From positions 1 to 39,637 of the forward strand of contig JAZUBJ010000054.1 in the NCBI GenBank assembly GCA_045638445.1: a DNA stretch of 39,637 bases, in the 5' to 3' direction. The position numbers were made by a program, and so were the translations under genes. Numbering within the stretch: position 1 is the first letter of the stretch; every line of letters begins with the position of its first letter. The stretch comes from Bacilli bacterium (lineage in GTDB: Bacteria; Bacillota_I; Bacilli_A; RF39; UBA660). The notes under the pieces were generated by a model that saw only the letters and a list, made by a program, of their open reading frames with translations, did no database searches and was not told the DNA's origin. Shown here piece after piece: positions 1 to 8,578 of this stretch.

Positions 1-699
1 TAATGTATCACCTTGTAAATAGAAAATATATTGTATCTCTTTATTTGATATAGCTTTTTTAGCATCAGCATAAGATTTATCAAGAGATGTAGTATCTGTT
101 TCATCAATAGAAATAACATTTATATTATATTTTTCTAAATATTTAAGAACATTATTAGTAGTAAGAATAGTATTATAATTACCATTTTTTCCAATATCAT
201 ATAATTTAACATCAAGTTCACTTACTTTTTCATTTAAAACTTTATATTTTTCTTCAATGTCTTCTTTTATATAAACATTATCATTATAATCAATTAAACT
301 AGATTTAATATTGCTACAAAGCATTAAATAGTTTGAAGGATTTAACCATAAACCAGAAATATTAGTTGTAATAGCCATACCTTTAGTGGCATCTATTAAT
401 TGAATATTTTCATTTCTATTAAGAAGGTCTCTTGCTAAATATGCTTCACCAGCAAGTCCAGAATAAATAAATGTTTCACCCTCAGAATAAATATCTTTTT
501 TCTTTTCAGTAACTTCATAAGTTCTATCAGACCCCATAGGGTAAACACTAGAAACATTTGCATAATCTCCATATAGCATTTGAGTAGCATATTCAATTGG
601 ATATTCTGTTGTATATAAATAAGTATCAGAAAAATCATACTCAAAATCACAACCACATAATAATAAACAACTTAAAATAACTAACAATATTTTTTTCAT
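1..699 (-). CDS. Lipoprotein, PsaA/TroA/ZnuA-like (cluster A-I) ABC-transporter substrate-binding protein; 3' end lies beyond the window edge
   Basis: Not in the supplied ORF track because it stays open to the window edge. My minus-strand translation from ATG 699-697 reads [97 protein letters not shown]. It has a lipobox (LLLCGC) and is colinear with PsaA-type SBPs as I remember them. The start overlaps the yidD stop (TAATG). Confidence 0.6.
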   Translation of the reverse strand, partial: MKKILLVILSCLLLCGCDFEYDFSDTYLYTTEYPIEYATQMLYGDYANVSSVYPMGSDRTYEVTEKKKDIYSEGETFIYSGLAGEAYLARDLLNRNENIQLIDATKGMAITTNISGLWLNPSNYLMLCSNIKSSLIDYNDNVYIKEDIEEKYKVLNEKVSELDVKLYDIGKNGNYNTILTTNNVLKYLEKYNINVISIDETDTTSLDKSYADAKKAISNKEIQYIFYLQGDTL

Positions 700-911
700 T
701 AATCCTCCTTAATAACAGGGTCATATCCAAAATCGCCAAAAGGATGACATCTAAGTATTCTTTTAATGCCTTTAAATATTCCCTTAAGTCCATATATTTC
801 TAAACATTGTTTCATATACTCACTACATGTCGGAGTAAATCTACAAGCTCCATGACATTGAAGTGGAGTTATCTGATATAACTCAATTAATTTAATTAAT
901 ATCTTTTTCAT
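699..911 (-). CDS. yidD: Membrane protein insertion efficiency factor YidD
   Basis: 70 aa. YidD Cys/His pattern: [43 protein letters not shown]. Confidence 0.85.
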   Translation of the reverse strand: MKKILIKLIELYQITPLQCHGACRFTPTCSEYMKQCLEIYGLKGIFKGIKRILRCHPFGDFGYDPVIKED

Positions 912-1012
912 AATACAATTATATAATAATTAGGAAAAAAAATAAATATTAAAAATCAACAATGTATGTTATACTAAATATGTATGATTTAAAACTTGAA
1001 AAAGGTGATAGA

Positions 1013-1660
1013 ATGAAAAATATATTTAAAAAATATGGAATAATTATAAATAATGAAGAATTACTACTAACAGCATTAACTCATTCAAGTTACTCAAATG
1101 AACATGAAGGAACTTGTTATGAAAGATTAGAGTATCTAGGAGATGCAACACTAGAAATAGTATGTAGTGATTATTTATATAATAATACAGAAGAATCAGA
1201 AGGAGAAATGAGTCGATTAAGAAGACTATATGTATGTGAAAATGCGCTTTATGAATATTCAAAAGAATTAGATTATGCAAAACATATTAGACTAGGAAAT
1301 GGAATAACAGAAGCAAATAAAACAATAATAGCAGACGTATTTGAAGCATTAATTGCTGTAGTTTACTTAGAAAGTGGACTTGATGCAGTTAAAAAGATTT
1401 TTAATGAACTAATAGTACCATACATAAAAAGAAAAGATGATTTTTTAATGGACTATAAAAGTTTATTACAAGAAAGTGTACAAACTGTTAAAAAAAGCGT
1501 TACATATAATTTAGTAGAAGAAAGTGGACCTGCACATCACAAAGTATTTAAATCTCAAGTAATAATTGATGATTTAGTTTATGGAGAAGGAATCGGTTTT
1601 ACTAAAAAAGAGGCAGAACAAAACGCTGCTAAAGATGCATATATTAAAAGGGCTTCATAA
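1013..1660 (+). CDS. rnc: Ribonuclease III
   Basis: The track ORF starts at 962. I prefer ATG 1013, which has a GGTGA SD just upstream, and the 17 upstream codons are not RNase III-like. RNase III signature ERLEYLGDATLE. C-terminal dsRBD (GPAHHKVF..GFTKKEAEQNAAKDA). Classic rnc-smc synteny. Confidence 0.9.
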   Translation: MKNIFKKYGIIINNEELLLTALTHSSYSNEHEGTCYERLEYLGDATLEIVCSDYLYNNTEESEGEMSRLRRLYVCENALYEYSKELDYAKHIRLGNGITEANKTIIADVFEALIAVVYLESGLDAVKKIFNELIVPYIKRKDDFLMDYKSLLQESVQTVKKSVTYNLVEESGPAHHKVFKSQVIIDDLVYGEGIGFTKKEAEQNAAKDAYIKRAS

Positions 1661-1699
1661 AATGCCTTTTTTAAATAAACAAATAGTAGGTGATAATTA

Positions 1700-4630
1700 A
1701 TGTATATAAAAGAAATAAAAATATATGGATTTAAAAGTTTTGCGGAAAAACTAACTATAGAACTAGATCCAACATTCACAGGAATAGTAGGACCAAATGG
1801 TTCAGGAAAAAGTAATATAGTTGATGCAATAAAATGGGTACTTGGTGAACAAAGTGTAAAATCACTTCGTGGAAGTAATAATATGACTGATGTAATATTT
1901 ACAGGTTCATCTTCACGACCAGCATCTAATTTTGCAAGTGTATGTATTGTATTTGATAACACAGATAGAACATTAAATATAGATTACTCAGAAGTATCAG
2001 TAAAAAGAACAGTATATAAAACTGGTGAAAATGAATACTATATAAATAATGAAAAATGTAGACTTAAAGATATAACAAACTTGTTTTTAGATTCAAGAAG
2101 TAGTAAAGAATCATTTAATATTGTCCCACAAAATAAAATAGATCAAATATTAAGTGAAAAACCAGAAGAAAGAAGAGTAATTTTTGAAGATGCAGCAGGA
2201 GTTTTGAAATACAAAAAAAGAAAAGAAGAAAGTCTTGCAAAATTATCAAAAAATCATGATAACATAGATAGAATAAATTTAATAATAAATGAAAATGAAG
2301 AAAATCTAATTCCACTTGAACAATCTGCGAAAAAAGCAAGAGAATATAAAACAGCACTTGAAGAATTAGAAAGTGTAGAAATAGCACTTCTTGCAAAAGA
2401 TATTACAACGTATAGTAGTGAACTAGATACACTAAATTCAGACAAATTATTAAAAGAAGAAGAATTGTCAAAATTAAGTAGTACATCAACAACAGATAAC
2501 ACAGAAATAGAAAAAGTAAAAACAAAAATACTAAATGTAGATGAAAAAATAAAAACAATTAGTAATGAAATATTTAAAATAAATGAAAATCTTTTAGAAT
2601 TAAGCAACAAAAAAACACTTATGACTGAAAGAATAAAATATGATAAAGAATCAAATACAGTAAAAAATAATTTAGTAAATTTAAAAGAAAAACAAGCTGT
2701 ATTAAATAATGAAATAGCAGCAATTAAAATAGATATTGATAATTTTATTCAAAATAGTAAAGTATTAAGCGAAAAATTAAGCTCAAAAACAAATGATTAT
2801 AATTTAATGAATAGAGAAAAAGAAAAGTTAAATTATGAATTAAATCTAAAAAGAAAAGAACTTGCTGATATTAAAAATAAAATTGATATTATTGAAACAA
2901 ATCTTTCAAATATGAATAAAATTCCATATGCAGTAAGAAGTATAATAGACAATCCAACATTAAGAGGTATTCATAATATATTAGCAAATGTAGTAGAAAC
3001 AAAAAGTGAATATGCAACAATGTTAGAAGTGTCTCTTGGAGCAAGTGCAAATAATATTATTGCTGAAGATGAGTCATGCGTAAAAGAAGCGATAGAATAC
3101 TTAAAAAGGCATAATAAAGGAAGAGCAACATTTTTCCCATTAAATGTAATAAAACCAAAAAGTATAGATCCAGAAACACTAAGAAATATTCAAAATATAA
3201 TAGGATTTGTAGGTATTGCAAGCGATTTAGTAACATATGACTCAAAATATTACAATATTGTAATGAATCAACTTGGAAATATCATAGTATGTGAAAATAT
3301 TCAAACTGCAATTCAAGTAAGTAAAAAAATAAATCACAGATATAGAGTAGTTAGTATAGATGGAGAAATAATTCATGTCGGTGGAGTAATGACCGGAGGA
3401 AGTTTAAAATCAAATAATAATTATATATCTGATAAATACGAATTAGAAAAACTAAAAGGTAATATTGAAAAAGTATTTAATGAAACAAAAGTTATTGAAA
3501 ATAAACTAGAAAACACAGAAAAAGAATTAAATATATTAAAAGATAATGTATATTCAATAAACATAGAAGTAATAAAAAACACAGAAATTATTAATAATAA
3601 AAAATCACTTCTTGAATCAAATACTCATGAATTAGAATTAGTTAATAATGAAATAAATAACTTAAGTGAAAATAAATTAGATCAGGAACTAGACAAAGTT
3701 ATAAATGATTACTATGATTTAGAACAAAAGAAAACTGAACTAGAAAAAAATCTAGAAATATCTAATAAAGAAAAAATGGATTTAAATTCTACATTAGGCG
3801 AACTTGAGTTATCAGTTAAGAAAATGAATTCTAAATTTAATGAATTAACTTCTCAAATAAATTCACTTGAAATAAAAATAACAAAACTAAACATAAACTT
3901 AGACTCATGTTTAGCAAGATTGAGTGAAGACTATAGTTTAGGTTACGAAAGAGCACGTAAAGAATATATACTTGAAATAGATGAAAACATCGCACGTGAA
4001 AAAGTAAATACTTTAAGAAGAAAAATAAAATCATTAGGAGAAGTAAACTTGGGTTCTATTGAAGAATATGAACGTGTATATAAAAGAGTAACATTCTTAA
4101 CAAAACAAAGAGAAGACTTACTTAAAAGTGAAGAAGATTTACTTACTATTATTGATGATATGGACAAAAGTATGGAAGAAAAATTTGTTGAATCATTTAA
4201 TAATATTAATAAAGAATTTTCAAATGTATTTAGAACTTTATTTAAAGGTGGAAGTGCTCATTTGGAAATGACAGATCCAAGTAATGTTTTAGAAACAGGA
4301 ATTGATATTATAGCTGTACCACCAGGAAAAACAAAAAAACCACTAAGTTTATTATCAGGTGGAGAAAGAACAATGACAGCAATAAGTTTATTATTCTCAA
4401 TAATGAATTTAGAACATGTTCCATTTGTAATATTAGACGAGGTAGAAAGTGCACTTGATGAAAATAATGCAACAGTTTTCGGAGAATATTTGCATAATTA
4501 TAAAAATAAAACCCAATTACTTGTAATAACACATAAAAAGAAAACAATGGAATTCCTTGATAAATTATATGGAATTACAATGCAAGAAAGTGGTGTTAGT
4601 AAAATAGTAAGCGTAAAATTAGATGATTAA
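1700..4630 (+). CDS. smc: Chromosome segregation protein SMC
   Basis: 976 aa. Walker A GPNGSGKSN, long Lys/Glu-rich coiled coils, a central hinge, signature LSGGERTMTAISL, Walker B ILDEVESALD. GGTGA SD. Confidence 0.9.
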   Translation: MYIKEIKIYGFKSFAEKLTIELDPTFTGIVGPNGSGKSNIVDAIKWVLGEQSVKSLRGSNNMTDVIFTGSSSRPASNFASVCIVFDNTDRTLNIDYSEVSVKRTVYKTGENEYYINNEKCRLKDITNLFLDSRSSKESFNIVPQNKIDQILSEKPEERRVIFEDAAGVLKYKKRKEESLAKLSKNHDNIDRINLIINENEENLIPLEQSAKKAREYKTALEELESVEIALLAKDITTYSSELDTLNSDKLLKEEELSKLSSTSTTDNTEIEKVKTKILNVDEKIKTISNEIFKINENLLELSNKKTLMTERIKYDKESNTVKNNLVNLKEKQAVLNNEIAAIKIDIDNFIQNSKVLSEKLSSKTNDYNLMNREKEKLNYELNLKRKELADIKNKIDIIETNLSNMNKIPYAVRSIIDNPTLRGIHNILANVVETKSEYATMLEVSLGASANNIIAEDESCVKEAIEYLKRHNKGRATFFPLNVIKPKSIDPETLRNIQNIIGFVGIASDLVTYDSKYYNIVMNQLGNIIVCENIQTAIQVSKKINHRYRVVSIDGEIIHVGGVMTGGSLKSNNNYISDKYELEKLKGNIEKVFNETKVIENKLENTEKELNILKDNVYSINIEVIKNTEIINNKKSLLESNTHELELVNNEINNLSENKLDQELDKVINDYYDLEQKKTELEKNLEISNKEKMDLNSTLGELELSVKKMNSKFNELTSQINSLEIKITKLNINLDSCLARLSEDYSLGYERARKEYILEIDENIAREKVNTLRRKIKSLGEVNLGSIEEYERVYKRVTFLTKQREDLLKSEEDLLTIIDDMDKSMEEKFVESFNNINKEFSNVFRTLFKGGSAHLEMTDPSNVLETGIDIIAVPPGKTKKPLSLLSGGERTMTAISLLFSIMNLEHVPFVILDEVESALDENNATVFGEYLHNYKNKTQLLVITHKKKTMEFLDKLYGITMQESGVSKIVSVKLDD

Positions 4631-4647
4631 ATAATCATCTTTTTTTT
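4621..4647 (+). terminator. Rho-independent terminator of smc
   Basis: agatgatt-aaat-aatcatct followed by T7. The hairpin overlaps the smc stop codon. Confidence 0.7.
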
Positions 4648-4659
4648 GTATAAGAATAG

Positions 4660-4668
4660 TGTTATAAT
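4660..4668 (+). promoter_or_regulatory. Extended -10 promoter (TGtTATAAT) for surface-protein cassette 1
   Basis: TGtTATAAT lies 18 nt upstream of ATG 4686. No good -35 at 17-nt spacing. Confidence 0.4.
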
Positions 4669-4685
4669 TTAAAATAGGTGATACT

Positions 4686-6368
4686 ATGAACAAAATAAAA
4701 AAACTAGTATTTTTAATGATATTAATGATACCATTATGTATTAGCGCAAAATCATATACATACGATAACGCGATAAATAAAGCAAATACTTATATTGATT
4801 CATTTGATGATTATAATGATTATATAAAAGTAGGTTCAATGCCATATGATTATTATGAAAATTCAGTAAAACATAGTATACGTTTTAAAAAAGGTGGATT
4901 CTTAAGTGAAGAAGAATTTAAAATGACTAATGTAACAAATCATTCATATTTAGCAACAGGACTTGAATATTGGACTCTTACACAATCAAGCAACAAAAGA
5001 AATTATGTTGTATCATACTCATTAAATGAGCTTGATATAAATAAAAAGGCAAATGTTAGAATAACAGAATATGTAAAAAATGAAACAAAAATAGAAGGTG
5101 CAGGAACTAAAAATAATCCATGGTATTTTCAAAAAGTAAAAAATATAAACCTATATTTACTTAATGAGAATCGTGGAGATTTAGGAGAAGATGACTGCAC
5201 AGATACAGATAAAAAAATAACATTGATACAAAATGGTACAGAAGACGTAGGATTTTATATATGTCCAAAAAAAGGATACAGATATTATAATTCGAGCTGT
5301 AAAGAATTTATTAAATCAGATAGTACCATAGATGATAAATTCGTTATTAATGGCAAATTTGATGATAATGTGATTTGTTCAATAGATATAATGTATGAAA
5401 CAGATAAAATAATAACACAATGTGAAAATTGTGATAAACAAAGTAAACCAAATGTATTTTATATAGCAAAAAATAGAGATAAATGGTTTACAGACGAATG
5501 GGGATTTAATGAAGTAACAAAATTAACTAGTTTACCTGAAAAAACCGGATATTTATTTCAAGGATATTATACTGAAGAAAATGGAAACGGAACACAAATA
5601 ATAGATAAATATGGAAATATCATAAGTACAAACATTCAAGAAAATATTCCAAGTGATTATAAAATATATGCAGATTGGACTCCAATTACATATACAGTAG
5701 TTTTTGATGCAAATGGTGGGTCAGGTACAATGAATTCAATTACATGTACATATGATTTACCATGTAATACACTAACAAATAATTTTACAAAAGATAATAG
5801 TTATTTTATGGGATGGACAAAAACTAAAGAAACAACATCATCAAATAGTGGAACATCACTTAACAAAATTAATTTTGAGAATGGTGGAAAGATAAATGAA
5901 AATCTTACAACAATAAATGGTTCTACTGTAACAATATATGCAAAATGGCTATCTTGCCAAACAGGTACATTAACAAATGATCCATCAAAAGGATTTGTAT
6001 GTTTGTCAAGTAGTCAAAAATATTCATATGACTGTAATTGTGATACTTGTACAAGCTATTATACATGTATGACATCTTCAGGAGGATGCGGAAGCTATTC
6101 AAGTTATTCATATAGCTGTCAAACAGGCTCTTATTCATGCTGCAAAGGAACATATGTAAGGCATGACGCTGTTTGTAGAGTATGGGGAACTTGCCCAACA
6201 TACGGAACATGTACAGGAACTCGTTATAATGACGCACCATGTTATGGAACATGTAGTGATTCTTATCCATGTAATTGTAGTACATGTTATGCATGTAATT
6301 CAGGATGGACAACATACTCAGGAAGTGGAACTTCATTAGTATGTTATAAAGGAACAATAATAAAATAG
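4686..6368 (+). CDS. Secreted surface protein: signal peptide, N-terminal region paralogous to the 15697 gene, Listeria/Bacteroides-type B-repeat (Flg_new-like), Cys/Ser/Thr/Tyr-rich tail
   Basis: Signal peptide MNKIKKLVFLMILMIPLCISA. B-repeat motif YTVVFDANGGSGTM..FMGWTKT..VTIYAKW. Colinear with the first ~440 aa of the 1640-aa ORF. The last 137 aa contain 20 Cys. Confidence 0.75.
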   Translation: MNKIKKLVFLMILMIPLCISAKSYTYDNAINKANTYIDSFDDYNDYIKVGSMPYDYYENSVKHSIRFKKGGFLSEEEFKMTNVTNHSYLATGLEYWTLTQSSNKRNYVVSYSLNELDINKKANVRITEYVKNETKIEGAGTKNNPWYFQKVKNINLYLLNENRGDLGEDDCTDTDKKITLIQNGTEDVGFYICPKKGYRYYNSSCKEFIKSDSTIDDKFVINGKFDDNVICSIDIMYETDKIITQCENCDKQSKPNVFYIAKNRDKWFTDEWGFNEVTKLTSLPEKTGYLFQGYYTEENGNGTQIIDKYGNIISTNIQENIPSDYKIYADWTPITYTVVFDANGGSGTMNSITCTYDLPCNTLTNNFTKDNSYFMGWTKTKETTSSNSGTSLNKINFENGGKINENLTTINGSTVTIYAKWLSCQTGTLTNDPSKGFVCLSSSQKYSYDCNCDTCTSYYTCMTSSGGCGSYSSYSYSCQTGSYSCCKGTYVRHDAVCRVWGTCPTYGTCTGTRYNDAPCYGTCSDSYPCNCSTCYACNSGWTTYSGSGTSLVCYKGTIIK

Positions 6369-6376
6369 GAGGAAAT

Positions 6377-6823
6377 ATGACAAAAGGAAATTTTATAATT
6401 ATAATAGTTATATCTATAGTAATTTCAGTAGTAATGTTTTTCTCAGGATTCATAATTGGAAAAACAGTAAATAAAGAAAAGAAATGTGTTACAAATAACA
6501 ATAATCAATTAGTTGCAACAAAAAACGATGATAGAGAACAAATAGCACAATTAACTCAAGAACAAACAAGTATTTATGATTTATTTAACAAATATGGAAA
6601 AGAAATCTATAATAATAACAAATATAATAATTTATCAAAAGATGGAAAAACACCATATGCATCATTATTAGATTTGCAAAAATTAGGATATGATGTATCA
6701 AAAATTGAAAACATTTGTGAAAGTCATTCTCCAGCAATATATTTTGATATCTATAATGAATTTGCAGTTTCTTATGAAGAAGAGCCACTTCAAATAATAC
6801 TAGATTGTTACAAAATAAAATAA
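6377..6823 (+). CDS. N-terminally anchored single-pass membrane protein of unknown function, translationally coupled to the 4686 gene
   Basis: TM segment FIIIIVISIVISVVMFFSGFIIG. The upstream TAG stop is embedded in the SD (TAGGAGGaaatATG). Confidence 0.65.
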   Translation: MTKGNFIIIIVISIVISVVMFFSGFIIGKTVNKEKKCVTNNNNQLVATKNDDREQIAQLTQEQTSIYDLFNKYGKEIYNNNKYNNLSKDGKTPYASLLDLQKLGYDVSKIENICESHSPAIYFDIYNEFAVSYEEEPLQIILDCYKIK

Positions 6824-6850
6824 AATGCACAAAAGTGCATTTTTATTTTT
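6823..6850 (+). terminator. Rho-independent terminator
   Basis: aaatgcac-aaaa-gtgcattt followed by a T-rich tract. Confidence 0.7.
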
Positions 6851-6910
6851 AATTATTAGTAGAAAATTATAATTAAATTTGATATAATAAAAACATAATA
6901 GGTGAATAAT

Positions 6911-7588
6911 ATGGAAGATAAGAAACCAGAAAATAAAAAACCAATTATTATTATAATAGCTCTTGTTATTATAATTATATTATCATTAGTGATTATATTA
7001 ATTACTAAAAAGGATGATGAAAAACCAAATATTCCAGCAGATAATATAACAAATAAATCAGAAATAACAAAAAATATTCACAAACTTGACGAAAAAAATT
7101 ATTTAGTCGAAATAAAAAATAATAAAAGTAATTTGGTAAATCTAGATGTTTCAGTATATACATATAATGAAAACAAAGAAATACTAAATTCAACTAGTAA
7201 AACTATTGAATATTTAGAAATAGGTAATTCATCATATATAGAAATAGAATATGATGAAAATGAAAATAACGAATATGAAATAGTGATAGAAAAAGAAGAA
7301 GAAAGTGATTCTAGTAAATCATTTACAAAACAAATGGAATTTAATCATGAACAATTAGAAAATAATATTAAATTCACATTAAAAAATAATTCTAAAGTTG
7401 ATGTAGAAAAAATAATATTTGAAATTGTATATTATAAAGACAATAAAATTATAAAATACAATACAGTAGGATATAATAATTTATTATCAGAACAAATGAT
7501 AGGAGATATATTATATACACCACAAGATGAAAATGGTAATGAAATAGATTTTGATAAATATGAAATAACATTTATGGCTTACAACTAA
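6911..7588 (+). CDS. N-terminally anchored membrane protein with two beta-rich modules; same family as the 20629 ORF
   Basis: The track start is GTG 6902. ATG 6911 fits the GGTGA SD better. TM IIIIIALVIIIILSLVIILI, then a KKDDEKPNIP linker. The module FTLKNNSKVDVEKIIFEIVYY resembles KFTNNSGKDIEFGTINFYF of the 20629 ORF. An extended -10 (TGaTATAAT) sits at 6880-6888. Confidence 0.6.
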   Translation: MEDKKPENKKPIIIIIALVIIIILSLVIILITKKDDEKPNIPADNITNKSEITKNIHKLDEKNYLVEIKNNKSNLVNLDVSVYTYNENKEILNSTSKTIEYLEIGNSSYIEIEYDENENNEYEIVIEKEEESDSSKSFTKQMEFNHEQLENNIKFTLKNNSKVDVEKIIFEIVYYKDNKIIKYNTVGYNNLLSEQMIGDILYTPQDENGNEIDFDKYEITFMAYN

Positions 7589-7595
7589 AATGTTA

Positions 7596-7624
7596 TTGAT
7601 TGGTAAACTAATTTATGTTAAAAT
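7596..7624 (+). promoter_or_regulatory. Sigma-A type promoter for sepF-divIVA
   Basis: TTGATT, 17-nt spacer, TGtTAAAAT. Confidence 0.5.
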
Positions 7625-7653
7625 ATTTTAGTAGTACAAACTAAGGAGGATAT

Positions 7654-8043
7654 ATGAGTTTAATAAAATTAACAAATCTTTTTCCAATTGAAGTTGATGA
7701 GGAGACAGAAAGTTCAAATGAAACAGAAACAATAAAAAGTAACACAAAAGAAATGAAAAACAAAACTATTCTTGTAGAACCAAGAGCTTTTTCAGAAGCA
7801 CAACAAATTGCTGATTACTTAAAAGCAAAAAATCAAGTTGTAGTTAATTTTAAAAGAGTTACAACAGATGTTTCAAAAAGAATTATGGATTTCTTAAACG
7901 GAATAGTGTATGCTATTGATGGTACTATGCAAAAATTAGGTCCTGGTATTGTACTATGCGCACCAAAAGGATTTGAAATTGAAGGTAGCATTTCTGATGA
8001 TGATACTAAAAAAGGAAGCAAAAAAGACACTCAAGAATGGTAA
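7654..8043 (+). CDS. sepF: Cell division protein SepF
   Basis: AGGAGG SD. C-terminal SepF core VEPRAFSEAQQIADYLKAKNQVVVNFKRV..RIMDFLNGIVYAIDG. Confidence 0.85.
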   Translation: MSLIKLTNLFPIEVDEETESSNETETIKSNTKEMKNKTILVEPRAFSEAQQIADYLKAKNQVVVNFKRVTTDVSKRIMDFLNGIVYAIDGTMQKLGPGIVLCAPKGFEIEGSISDDDTKKGSKKDTQEW

Positions 8044-8074
8044 TAATGGTATTTATATAAAATAGAGGTGAGGC

Positions 8075-8524
8075 ATGAAAAAATTTGAAACAGTTTTTCG
8101 TGGTTATGATAAAGCACAAGTTCAACTGTTTTTAGACGATGTAATTAAAAACTATGAACTCTTACTTGAAAAAAGTAAAAAAACAGAAGCGGAAAATTTA
8201 AAATTAAAAACAGAAAATGAATATTATAAAAAAATAGAAGATACAATGAATAGAGCAATTTATAATGCTGAAAATATGGGTGACCAAATAAAATCATCCG
8301 CAAGAAAAGAAGCAGAATCATTAATGGTTGAAGCAAGACATAATGCAAATAGAATTATAAATGATGCACTATTAAAAGCTGAAAAAGCACAAAATCATGC
8401 TGACCAATTAAAAAGAAATACCAATATGTTGAAAAGACGCTTAAGACAAATTATAGAAAACCAATTAGCTGTTATCGAAGAAATGGATAATGTTGATTTT
8501 AGCGGAGTAGATGATAAATATTAA
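8075..8524 (+). CDS. divIVA: DivIVA-domain protein
   Basis: N-terminal FRGYDKAQVQLFLDDV motif followed by coiled coil. sepF-divIVA synteny. Confidence 0.8.
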   Translation: MKKFETVFRGYDKAQVQLFLDDVIKNYELLLEKSKKTEAENLKLKTENEYYKKIEDTMNRAIYNAENMGDQIKSSARKEAESLMVEARHNANRIINDALLKAEKAQNHADQLKRNTNMLKRRLRQIIENQLAVIEEMDNVDFSGVDDKY

Positions 8525-8536
8525 TCTACTCTTTTT
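8505..8536 (+). terminator. Rho-independent terminator
   Basis: gagtagat-(11-nt loop)-atctactc followed by T5. It overlaps the divIVA stop. Confidence 0.6.
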
Positions 8537-8578
8537 CTTTGGTTCTAAATTTGCTAAAATATTCATATAAGGAGAGAC

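Noticed and set aside
435-656. 73-aa track ORF on the minus strand near the window start.
   Set aside because: It lies in a different frame inside the longer edge-open lipoprotein gene (1-699), which has a lipobox, an SD and family similarity.
912-935. TATAAT ending 6 nt upstream of the yidD ATG with no SD, suggesting a leaderless yidD mRNA.
   Set aside because: There is no -35 at proper spacing. TATAAT-like hexamers occur by chance very often in DNA this AT-rich. This cannot be supported without TSS data.
962-1012. Upstream extension of rnc (MYVILNMYDLKLEKGDR). Likewise GTG 11512 for secA and GTG 6902 for the 6911 ORF.
   Set aside because: The extensions have no SD and are not family-like. 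In each case an ATG with a GGTGA SD at proper spacing follows.
3988-4003. parS-like sequence catcgCACGTGaaaaa inside smc.
   Set aside because: It has 4 mismatches to the TGTTNCACGTGAAACA consensus, all in the arms. Only the CACGTG core is kept, which is compatible with chance.
4674-4685. Recurrent ataGGTGAta ribosome-binding context (also at 1003, 1689, 6901, 11506, 15686, 25329, 34848), considered as a repeated regulatory motif.
   Set aside because: It is explained as a Shine-Dalgarno variant pairing with the extreme 3' end of 16S rRNA (..GAUCACCUCC..). This is a genome-wide translation signal, not a locus-specific element.
5923-6501. 192-aa antisense ORF spanning the end of the 4686 gene and the start of the 6377 gene.
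   Set aside because: It is a by-product of the Cys/Ser/Thr/Tyr/Gly codon composition of the sense strand, which has few antisense stops. It crosses a sense-strand gene junction and has no start signals.
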